From a phage: a DNA stretch of 52,493 bases. Positions 1-7,711 of the stretch are shown one piece after another. Position numbers and translations under genes: made by a program. Location of the stretch: assembly GCA_017676125.1 (NCBI GenBank), contig GCA_017676125.1_4893.1. One strand, given 5' to 3'. Below the pieces are notes generated by a model. The model did no database searches, was not told the origin of the DNA, and was given only the letters and a program-made list of their open reading frames with translations. Numbering within the stretch: the first letter of the stretch is position 1; each line of letters starts with the position of its first letter.

Positions 1-279
1 AAAAAAACCCGTGAGGCAACAGAAGAGCTGTTGGCCACGATGCGACGCATCCAGCTGGACCCGTTGGAAGTTATGCAACGGGCTATCATACTTGCTGAAC
101 GTGAAGACGACTACAAAGCGATGATGGATGGTGCACTGGGCGTTATGCCGTACATGTATCCTAAACTGAAAGAATCCGTTGTCAAAGCAGACATCGACCA
201 GAACCTGTCTGGTAATGGTGTCAACCTGAACATTACAATAGGCGACCAGAAAGTGGTAGATACTACTGGGGAAGAGTAA
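1..279 (+). CDS. hypothetical protein, 5'-truncated at window edge; possibly terminase small subunit C-terminal part
   Basis: Frame is open from base 1 with no RBS before the first ATG at 31; lies immediately upstream of the large terminase gene. Confidence 0.3.
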   Translation, partial: KKTREATEELLATMRRIQLDPLEVMQRAIILAEREDDYKAMMDGALGVMPYMYPKLKESVVKADIDQNLSGNGVNLNITIGDQKVVDTTGEE

Positions 280-282
280 TAA

Positions 283-1731
283 ATGAATCTTGACTTTCAC
301 CTGCATGACAGACAAGGTGCCGCTCTGCGGTCTCAGGCAACTGAGATTCTGTACGGTGGTGCTGCTGGTGGTGGTAAGTCTCACCTTATGCGTGTAATGT
401 CAATTATCATGTGCTGCATGATACCTGACTTGCAGATTTACCTTTTCCGCCGAAACTATAACGACCTTACGGCTAACCACATGGTTGGTCCCACAAGTTA
501 TCCTGCCTTGCTGGACGGTATGTGCAAAGCTGGCAAGTGCAAGATTAACTACTCGAGCAACACGATTAAATTCTGGAACGGTGCGAACATCAAACTCTGT
601 CACCTCCAGTACGAAAAAGATATTTATACCTATCAGGGTGCGGAGATTCACGTTCTGCTGATGGATGAGCTTACTCACTTCACAGAAACGATGTACCGCT
701 TCTTGCGTAACCGTGTCCGACTCGGTGCTCTCAAAGTCCCTGAGAACTTTTTCCGGCCACTGCCACTCATCTTTTGTGGGTCAAACCCCGGTGGTGTTGG
801 TCATAACTGGGTTAAACGCACTTTCGTAACTGCTGCTCCTCCGATGAAAATCGTTAAGCAGGAAAAACGCGAAGGCGGTATGGCGCGTCAGTACATTCCG
901 GCTAAGATGACTGATAACCCTACGCTGATGGAAAACGACCCTGACTACGGTGACCGTCTTGAAGGTCTTGGTGACCCGGCTCTTGTTGCTGCGATGAAAG
1001 AGGGTGACTGGGATATTGTTGCTGGTGGTGCGCTTGACGACGTATGGTCAACCAAGTGTATTCTGCCGCGTATGCGTATTCCGAAAGGCTGGACTATCGA
1101 ACGTTCTCTTGACTGGGGTTCTACTCACCCGTTCTCTGTTGGTATCTGGGCTATTGCAAATGGTGCCTCGCTTACAGACGACGAAGGCAATGAGTACTTT
1201 ATTCCGCGTGGTTCAATTATACGTATAGCTGAATGGTATGGGTGCTCTGAAAAAGAAGCTAACAGGGGTATTAAATTATCTGCTGCCGAAGTCGCTCAAG
1301 GCATTATTCGTCTACAGGAAAATCTGCAGGCTGGTGGCTGGATTCAAAGCAACGTTAATCCTGGTCCGGCAGATAGTCAGATTTATGCGTGCAAGGAAAA
1401 AGACGTCGAGACTATCGCGAAGAAAATGGAAGACGAAGGCGTAACCTGGGTCAAGGCCGACAAGTCGCAAGGTTCGAGAATAAATGGCTTAGAGCTATTC
1501 CGTCAGCTTCTGAAAAATGTTAAGATGGACGAAACGGAAAAGCCGGGCATTTATTTCATGGAAAACTGTCCAGCAGCCATAAACACGTTGCCGGTTCTGC
1601 CGCGTGACAAGAACAACACGGAAGATGTCGACACGAACTCTGAAGACCACGTATACGATGATTGTCGTTACATGGTGTTGCGTGGCATCAACCGTTATAC
1701 TACCAAGCTCAAAATAAATATGGGACGGTAA
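283..1731 (+). CDS. terL: terminase large subunit
   Basis: 482 aa; Walker A-like ILYGGAAGGGKSHLM near N-terminus, acidic nuclease-like C-terminal half; followed directly by portal-sized gene. Confidence 0.85.
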   Translation: MNLDFHLHDRQGAALRSQATEILYGGAAGGGKSHLMRVMSIIMCCMIPDLQIYLFRRNYNDLTANHMVGPTSYPALLDGMCKAGKCKINYSSNTIKFWNGANIKLCHLQYEKDIYTYQGAEIHVLLMDELTHFTETMYRFLRNRVRLGALKVPENFFRPLPLIFCGSNPGGVGHNWVKRTFVTAAPPMKIVKQEKREGGMARQYIPAKMTDNPTLMENDPDYGDRLEGLGDPALVAAMKEGDWDIVAGGALDDVWSTKCILPRMRIPKGWTIERSLDWGSTHPFSVGIWAIANGASLTDDEGNEYFIPRGSIIRIAEWYGCSEKEANRGIKLSAAEVAQGIIRLQENLQAGGWIQSNVNPGPADSQIYACKEKDVETIAKKMEDEGVTWVKADKSQGSRINGLELFRQLLKNVKMDETEKPGIYFMENCPAAINTLPVLPRDKNNTEDVDTNSEDHVYDDCRYMVLRGINRYTTKLKINMGR

Positions 1732-1732
1732 A

Positions 1733-3295
1733 ATGTCGATAACCCCAAGCAGCACGCCGAACGTCGGATACCAGCGTCCTGAGCTGACTAAGAACGCTGG
1801 TAAGTACCGAATGATTAAGGACTGCATCGAGGGTCAGGAAGCTGTTAAAGCACGCGGTGATTTCTACTTGCCCCGTCCTGACCCTACGAACTGCACAGAA
1901 GAAAACATGATGCGGTACAATTCGTACTTGCGTCGCGCTGTGTTCTACAACGTACTGCAGCGAACTCTTTCGGGTATGACTGGCCTGGTATTCCAGCAGC
2001 AGCCTGAGATGCTGATGCCTGACGATATGGAAGTGCTGAAAGTAAATATCGACGGTGCAGGCATTGGTGCTATTCAGCAAATGCGTAAGTGCTTCAAGTC
2101 TGTTCTGGCTTTTGGTCGCGCAGGCCTGCTGACTGACTTCCCTAAAGCACGTATCGGTGAGTTTGGCGAGTCCATTGGCTTTACACGTAAAGAGCTGATG
2201 GACGGAGACGTACAGCCGACCGTAACGCTGTATATGCCATGGCAGATTATAAACTGGCGTGAAGAGTATCGCAACGGTAAAGTGATGCTCACTCAGGTTG
2301 TCATTTGCGAACAGATACCGGGGGTTACTGATGGCTTTCAGCAAGACTACACACCCGTGTGGCGTCACCTTTACCTGGATGAAGAAGGCAATTGCAACCA
2401 GTCTTTGTGGGTCAATAAGGGCGACAAGAATGCGCAGAACGTCTCCGGTGGCGCGTTGTATGTCACGCAAGAAAATGTTGTCTTACGCGACTCCAACGGC
2501 TTACCGCTGAAGTTTATTCCGTTCCAGTTTATTGGTTCTGAAACAAACAGCGCTGAGATTGACCCTCCGCCGATGTACGACTTAGCTGTGCTTAATATTG
2601 CACACTACCGTAACTCTGCTGACTACGAAGAGTCATGCTTCGTAACAGGTCAACCCACAGTATGGGCGTCTGGTCTTACTGAGGCATGGGTTGAAGATGT
2701 TCTGAAGGGTGAATTGCGACTCGGTTCGTTTGGTGGTATTCCGCTGCCGGCTAACGCCGCTGTAGGTATTATCCAGACCAACCCTAACACCCAGCCGTTT
2801 GAAGCGATGAAGCAAAAAGAAGCACAGATGATTGCAATCGGTGCTCGTCTGATTCGTGAGAATGGTAAGGTAGAACGACGCGAAGTTGAGATTAAGAATG
2901 AAGCGGCGTCTGAAGCTTCGCTTATCGTAACTGTTGCGCAGAACGTTGAAGCTGCTTATCGTAAGGCAATCGAATGGTGTGGCCTGTTCTACGGACACCC
3001 TAAAGAAGAAATTACGATTAACCTCAGCTACAACTTCATCTATAGCCAGTTGACTTATCAAGAACGTCAGCAGCTGGTTAACGAATGGATTGCCGGTGCT
3101 ATCACGTTTAGTGAAATGCGTAGCAATCTTAAACAAGCTGGCATTGCTAAGCTCACCGATGAAGAAGCCAAGAAGCTAATTGACGAAGAGCTGGCTGAAC
3201 GCGATGCGCGTGAGGTAGCAAAAGAAGCAGAAAAGAACGCTCAAGCAGCTAAGAACAGCGATGGGCAGGAAAATAATCCAGAAAAAACTGAATAA
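1733..3295 (+). CDS. portal protein
   Basis: 520 aa ORF immediately downstream of terL with 1-nt spacing; acidic C-terminus; canonical terminase-portal order. Confidence 0.7.
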   Translation: MSITPSSTPNVGYQRPELTKNAGKYRMIKDCIEGQEAVKARGDFYLPRPDPTNCTEENMMRYNSYLRRAVFYNVLQRTLSGMTGLVFQQQPEMLMPDDMEVLKVNIDGAGIGAIQQMRKCFKSVLAFGRAGLLTDFPKARIGEFGESIGFTRKELMDGDVQPTVTLYMPWQIINWREEYRNGKVMLTQVVICEQIPGVTDGFQQDYTPVWRHLYLDEEGNCNQSLWVNKGDKNAQNVSGGALYVTQENVVLRDSNGLPLKFIPFQFIGSETNSAEIDPPPMYDLAVLNIAHYRNSADYEESCFVTGQPTVWASGLTEAWVEDVLKGELRLGSFGGIPLPANAAVGIIQTNPNTQPFEAMKQKEAQMIAIGARLIRENGKVERREVEIKNEAASEASLIVTVAQNVEAAYRKAIEWCGLFYGHPKEEITINLSYNFIYSQLTYQERQQLVNEWIAGAITFSEMRSNLKQAGIAKLTDEEAKKLIDEELAERDAREVAKEAEKNAQAAKNSDGQENNPEKTE

Positions 3296-3300
3296 AGCTA

Positions 3301-3329
3301 TTTACTTTCGGTTTACCTGGCTATATAAT
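3301..3329 (+). promoter_or_regulatory. sigma70-like promoter TTTACT-N17-TATAAT upstream of scaffold/capsid genes
   Basis: -35 TTTACT at 3301-3306, 17-nt spacer, -10 TATAAT at 3324-3329. Confidence 0.55.
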
Positions 3330-3472
3330 CCTTCATGTCAACCGCGCAACAGCCGGCCACGAGAGTCTGCAGGGCTCAGTGGATTTCGGATGGCTGGCTG
3401 CGCGGTTTGACCCAAACCTGTTCGGAGCCCACTTGAGTGGATTGAGCCCCTCTCATATAGGATTGTAAAATT

Positions 3473-4186
3473 ATGGCACTTAAAACAGTTGTAACTGACC
3501 TTAACGAAGTTGATGAAGGCTTCCGTGGCCTGTATATCAAAGACGACGCGTCCGGTGCGTTTCGTTTGGATGTTGAACCAGACGAAAAAACGCTGAAAGA
3601 ATTAGAAGACCTGCGCAAAGAAAAACAGCGTATGGAGCAGCACACCAAAAAACTTCTCGAAGAGAAGAAAAAAGAAGCTGAACGTGCTCGCCTCGCTGAA
3701 GAAGAACGCGCACGTCGTGAGCGTGATGTTGAATCTCTTGAGCGTTCAATCAAAGAGAAGCATCAGGCTGAACTTGAACAGTATACCAGTCGTCAGGCAC
3801 AGCTGCAAGCACAGCTGGAAGCGCAGATGGTTGATAACATCGCGTTGAACCTGGCTAACCAACTCTCTGACACCCCGGCATTAATTATGCCACACATCAA
3901 GGCCCGACTGCGCGCTCAGGAAATTGATGGTAAGTGGCGTACTATCGTCGTGGATGTTATGGGTAACCCGACTGCTACAACGCCAGATGAGCTAGTGGAG
4001 CATATGCGCGCTGATAAGCAGTTTGCACCTCTTGTGCGTGGAACCAAGGCTGGCGGTGGCGGTGCCAACGGCGGCGGAGCTAATCCTGGTGGGAACGGCG
4101 GTGGCGAACAGCACACTTTCGGGGGCGGGGATGACCGCATAGCACGTGCTCGTGCTAAAATCCAAAACACACAATGGGGCAAATAA
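3473..4186 (+). CDS. scaffolding protein
   Basis: 237 aa, highly charged coiled-coil-like K/E/R-rich region, Gly-rich C-terminal tail; located between portal and major capsid gene. Confidence 0.6.
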   Translation: MALKTVVTDLNEVDEGFRGLYIKDDASGAFRLDVEPDEKTLKELEDLRKEKQRMEQHTKKLLEEKKKEAERARLAEEERARRERDVESLERSIKEKHQAELEQYTSRQAQLQAQLEAQMVDNIALNLANQLSDTPALIMPHIKARLRAQEIDGKWRTIVVDVMGNPTATTPDELVEHMRADKQFAPLVRGTKAGGGGANGGGANPGGNGGGEQHTFGGGDDRIARARAKIQNTQWGK

Positions 4187-4189
4187 GTT

Positions 4190-5167
4190 ATGTCACTGTA
4201 TATTTTTAACGAACAAGTACGTTCTACCGCCACCGAACTGGTCGACCAGGACGTACAGAAGTTCAACGAAGCTTCTGCAGGTACCCTTATCCTGGGTAAC
4301 CAGTACGTAATTGGTGATTACGTTGAGCAGGCAATGTGGCAGCTGGTTGATGGCATCGCTACTCGCCGTAACGCTTACGCTGGCACCAACAAAGTTGATG
4401 CTCAGACTCTGGGCCAGATTCTGGACCGCTCTGTTAAAATCGACGGCCGTGTTGGTCCTCTGAACATTACCGGTACTATGATGCGCCGCATCGGTGCAGG
4501 TGACACTGAGCCAGCAGCTGTTGTTGCTGCACAGGCTTCTGCTGCAATGTTCCAGGATTACCTGAACACCACTGCTGCATGTCTGGTAGCTGCTATCGGC
4601 GCAAACGCTGATGTTGTTCTGGACGTAACTTCAGGCTCCGGTGCTGCTGCAAACATCACCATGCAGAACCTGAACAAAGTCAACGCGAAGATGGGTGACC
4701 GTTCTCAGCAGATTCGTGCGTACATCATGCACTCTACTGCGTTCCACTCCCTCATCGATCAGGCTATCAACAACACGGAACACCTGTTCCAGATTGGTGA
4801 CCTGAACGTGTACAAAGACTTCCTGGGTCGTCGTTATGTCGTTTCCGACATCCCGGCTCTGGTTGATGGCGCCGGTGCTTCCGCTAAGTACCGCACTCTG
4901 GGTCTGACCCCGTCTGCTGCAATCGTTCAGGTCGGCGGCCTGTACGACATGGTTACCTCCGAGCAAACCGGTGGTGAAAACATCCTGCGTCAGATGCAGG
5001 GTGAATACGACTTCAACGTGTCGCTGAAAGGCTACAGCTGGGTCGGTCACAAAGCTGGTCAGTCTCCGACTGATGAAGACCTGGCTGCTCAGGCGTCCTG
5101 GTCTAAAGTTGCGACTTCCAACAAAGACACCGCTGGTGTTATGTTGCTGGCTAAGTCTGCAATCTAA
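4190..5167 (+). CDS. major capsid protein
   Basis: 325 aa ORF after scaffold gene; followed by strong intrinsic terminator; position typical for major capsid protein. Confidence 0.7.
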   Translation: MSLYIFNEQVRSTATELVDQDVQKFNEASAGTLILGNQYVIGDYVEQAMWQLVDGIATRRNAYAGTNKVDAQTLGQILDRSVKIDGRVGPLNITGTMMRRIGAGDTEPAAVVAAQASAAMFQDYLNTTAACLVAAIGANADVVLDVTSGSGAAANITMQNLNKVNAKMGDRSQQIRAYIMHSTAFHSLIDQAINNTEHLFQIGDLNVYKDFLGRRYVVSDIPALVDGAGASAKYRTLGLTPSAAIVQVGGLYDMVTSEQTGGENILRQMQGEYDFNVSLKGYSWVGHKAGQSPTDEDLAAQASWSKVATSNKDTAGVMLLAKSAI

Positions 5168-5187
5168 CCCACAAACGGGACTAACAA

Positions 5188-5216
5188 AAGGCGAGCTGAC
5201 GAGCTCGCCTTTTTTA
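5188..5216 (+). terminator. rho-independent terminator after capsid gene
   Basis: GC stem GGCGAGC/GCTCGCC (5190-5209) followed by TTTTTTATTT. Confidence 0.75.
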
Positions 5217-5245
5217 TTTACACGTATAAAGTTCTGGTATATAAT
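5217..5245 (+). promoter_or_regulatory. sigma70-like promoter TTTACA-N17-TATAAT
   Basis: -35 TTTACA 5217-5222, 17-nt spacer, -10 TATAAT 5240-5245, directly after terminator. Confidence 0.6.
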
Positions 5246-5271
5246 CGGACTAAACTTGCTGGAGGCTTTCT

Positions 5272-5772
5272 ATGGCATACACACTTGTTGTGGAAGACGG
5301 TTCAATTGTTCCGGGTGCTAACTCGTATGTTAGCGCTGCAGAAGTTGATGAGTTTATCACTAACGAAGGTATTCTCATTCAACCAGGAACTGACCCGTAT
5401 TACCAGGCTGCCAAAGCAGCTATTCGACTTGATAACCAGTTTAACTGGCTAGGTCGTAAGGTCAGCAAAACACAGAGCATGGCTTGGCCCCGTACTGGCC
5501 TCGGTGCATGTAATGTTGACATCGCTGAGTCTGTAATTCCGCGAGAAGTTAAGCTGGCACAGCTTTATATGATGGCCAGTGTATTGAGCTACGACGGTGA
5601 AGAAGGTGTGCGTAGCGACCAGGCTTTGCGCCGTAAGAAAGTTGGTAACCTGGAGATTGAATACTTCGACTCCAAATCAGGCGTTACCGGTGCAACTGAC
5701 CTTTGGACGTCAGACGTCAAGGCCATGCTCAAGCACCTTGTGGGTGCATCCCTGAGAACACGGAGAGTATAA
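5272..5772 (+). CDS. head-tail connector/adaptor protein (gp6-like)
   Basis: 166 aa ORF directly after capsid gene; N-terminal YVSAAEVDEF-type segment resembles head-tail connector proteins; gene order. Confidence 0.5.
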   Translation: MAYTLVVEDGSIVPGANSYVSAAEVDEFITNEGILIQPGTDPYYQAAKAAIRLDNQFNWLGRKVSKTQSMAWPRTGLGACNVDIAESVIPREVKLAQLYMMASVLSYDGEEGVRSDQALRRKKVGNLEIEYFDSKSGVTGATDLWTSDVKAMLKHLVGASLRTRRV

Positions 5773-6260
5773 TGATTCGTATACGCCTTGAACGTCGCGA
5801 CAAACAAAAGTTCGAGTTCACCTACCGTGCCTTTAAGTCGTTTGAAGGTCAAGGCGTATCAGTAGGTGTTCATCCAGAGCACAACAGACGTGTAAATCCC
5901 AGGGACCGTATAACAAACGCCGAGCTAGCAATGGTGCATGAGTACGGTCTTAACGGCCTGCCAGAACGAAGCTTTCTTCGTAGTGCTGTTGGTGGCAGGG
6001 GTAAAGGCCGACAGGCAATAAACAAAGCTTTCCGTGATAATGTGCCTGCTGTTCTCAGAGGAAGCATGACTGCGCATGAGCTTAATGACAAAATAGGTCG
6101 TATGCTTGTTGACGCTGTTCACGACAGAATGGACAGTGACGTGCCACCTCCTAACACCGAGCTGACAGAAGAACGCAAACGCGGGCCAGGTACACTTAGA
6201 GAATCTATGCAGTTGTATGATTCGATAGGGTACAAAGTTGGCAGAAACTGGAGGCTATAA
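5772..6260 (+). CDS. head-tail joining / head closure protein (hypothetical)
   Basis: ATG at 5772 overlaps upstream stop (TAATG); 163 aa; position in head-tail joining block. Confidence 0.45.
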   Translation: MIRIRLERRDKQKFEFTYRAFKSFEGQGVSVGVHPEHNRRVNPRDRITNAELAMVHEYGLNGLPERSFLRSAVGGRGKGRQAINKAFRDNVPAVLRGSMTAHELNDKIGRMLVDAVHDRMDSDVPPPNTELTEERKRGPGTLRESMQLYDSIGYKVGRNWRL

Positions 6261-6637
6261 TGCTCAAGATAACTTCGCTAATGAAGGATAAAACCTTTGT
6301 AGCATTAACAGATGTTCTTCTCCGAAATGATTCGCGCTTACCAAACGGCGACTTCGAAGACGAATATACAGCTGCAAAGTATCTGTGTAACATTCAACCT
6401 GGTGCAGCTACTAACCAGCCTAACCTGTTGACTAAAGACGATGGCGAGCATGAGTTCCCACGTATTGCGATATACTGTGGACAAGAACTAAAGCTCGGAG
6501 ACTTCGTTATATACGAAGACCAGCCATACCGTGTATTCCGTATCGACCCATGGAGTCGTCATGGCCACTACTACGTTACAGCAATTCTCCATAAAGGACC
6601 TCAGGGAGCTCGTTCAGAAGCTTTTAACATTACCTGA
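6260..6637 (+). CDS. hypothetical virion morphogenesis protein
   Basis: 125 aa ORF, start overlaps upstream stop; in head-tail joining block. Confidence 0.4.
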   Translation: MLKITSLMKDKTFVALTDVLLRNDSRLPNGDFEDEYTAAKYLCNIQPGAATNQPNLLTKDDGEHEFPRIAIYCGQELKLGDFVIYEDQPYRVFRIDPWSRHGHYYVTAILHKGPQGARSEAFNIT

Positions 6638-7088
6638 CGGTACATGCATTATTGGTGAAGAGTCTGGTACAGTTGATGGTACGCCGTATGTTTATCTGCG
6701 TCCTGGTGATGCTTATGACTTCGGACCTCCTAGAACCAGACAAGGCTCTGACGGCTTTGAGTACGTCAGCAAGCCAATGATGACAGCTGTACGTATTACA
6801 GCTGTCGGTAAGAATGCTGCTGAGCTAATGCGTAAGCTACACATAGCGCTGGGTAGTTCACCAGCTAAGCAGTTTAACCGTTTACGGCATTATGCAATAA
6901 CCAAAATATCGAAGATTGATAATGTCGGTGGTGCTATTGGTGCAGGCTATGCTCAGAAGTCAATGCTGACTGTTGATATTAGCTATGTGCATAAAGTTAA
7001 AATTGAGCAACCGTACATCTACAAGGTTGACATCACTTGTATGGATGACAACGGTAACAAAGCGACTGGTACAGTAGAGGAACCGTAA
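6561..7088 (+). CDS. hypothetical structural protein
   Basis: ORF in track starts at 6531; ATG at 6561 (MATTTLQQ) preferred; overlaps upstream ORF; start uncertain. Confidence 0.4.
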   Translation: MATTTLQQFSIKDLRELVQKLLTLPDGTCIIGEESGTVDGTPYVYLRPGDAYDFGPPRTRQGSDGFEYVSKPMMTAVRITAVGKNAAELMRKLHIALGSSPAKQFNRLRHYAITKISKIDNVGGAIGAGYAQKSMLTVDISYVHKVKIEQPYIYKVDITCMDDNGNKATGTVEEP

Positions 7089-7711
7089 TGGCAACTGAAG
7101 TAGACCCGGAACTGCAAGCGCAGCTGGATAAGCTAACAACTGCTGTCCAGCTCATTCATGACTTCGGTATGTCAGACAACCCAAACATCCCTAACCCGGA
7201 AGGCGGTGTCATACGCACACTCGAAGGCATTAACGCTGCAATCAACGAAGCTATACCAAACTTTGAAAACGCTAACGAAGCTGCTATCCAGGCGCGTGCT
7301 GCTCGTGACGCGGCTATTGCAGCCAAAGAAGCTGCAGAAACGGCAGCTGAACAGGCCACAGTAGCTTCGACGTCAGCAATCTATGAGTACGGCAACGTTG
7401 CAAGTGCAGCTACAGTGACTATACCAGCTGCATCTAAAACAATTGTCAGCCTTACTCTTAACCAGCCAAACACCGTAATTAATATCGGTGGTGTATCTGA
7501 CCCGTCTACTGTTGCGCGTCAGATTACTATTGCTATTAAGCAAGGCACTGGTTCTAACAAAGTGACTGCTTGGGATCCCAGAATAAAATGGGCTAATAAC
7601 AGAAAGCCCGTTCTGTCATTCCTTGTGGGTTACACAGATGTTGTTACGTTGCTTACCTTTGACTCAGGCGCAACTTGGATGGGTTTCTTTAACGGTGGAT
7701 GGATTAAATAA
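7088..7711 (+). CDS. hypothetical structural protein, Ala-rich
   Basis: 207 aa ORF with overlapping start/stop to neighbours; Ala/Glu-rich helical segment. Confidence 0.4.
   Translation: MATEVDPELQAQLDKLTTAVQLIHDFGMSDNPNIPNPEGGVIRTLEGINAAINEAIPNFENANEAAIQARAARDAAIAAKEAAETAAEQATVASTSAIYEYGNVASAATVTIPAASKTIVSLTLNQPNTVINIGGVSDPSTVARQITIAIKQGTGSNKVTAWDPRIKWANNRKPVLSFLVGYTDVVTLLTFDSGATWMGFFNGGWIK

Noticed and set aside
400-678. Minus-strand 92-aa ORF inside the large terminase gene
   Set aside because: Embedded antisense within a motif-supported terL coding region.
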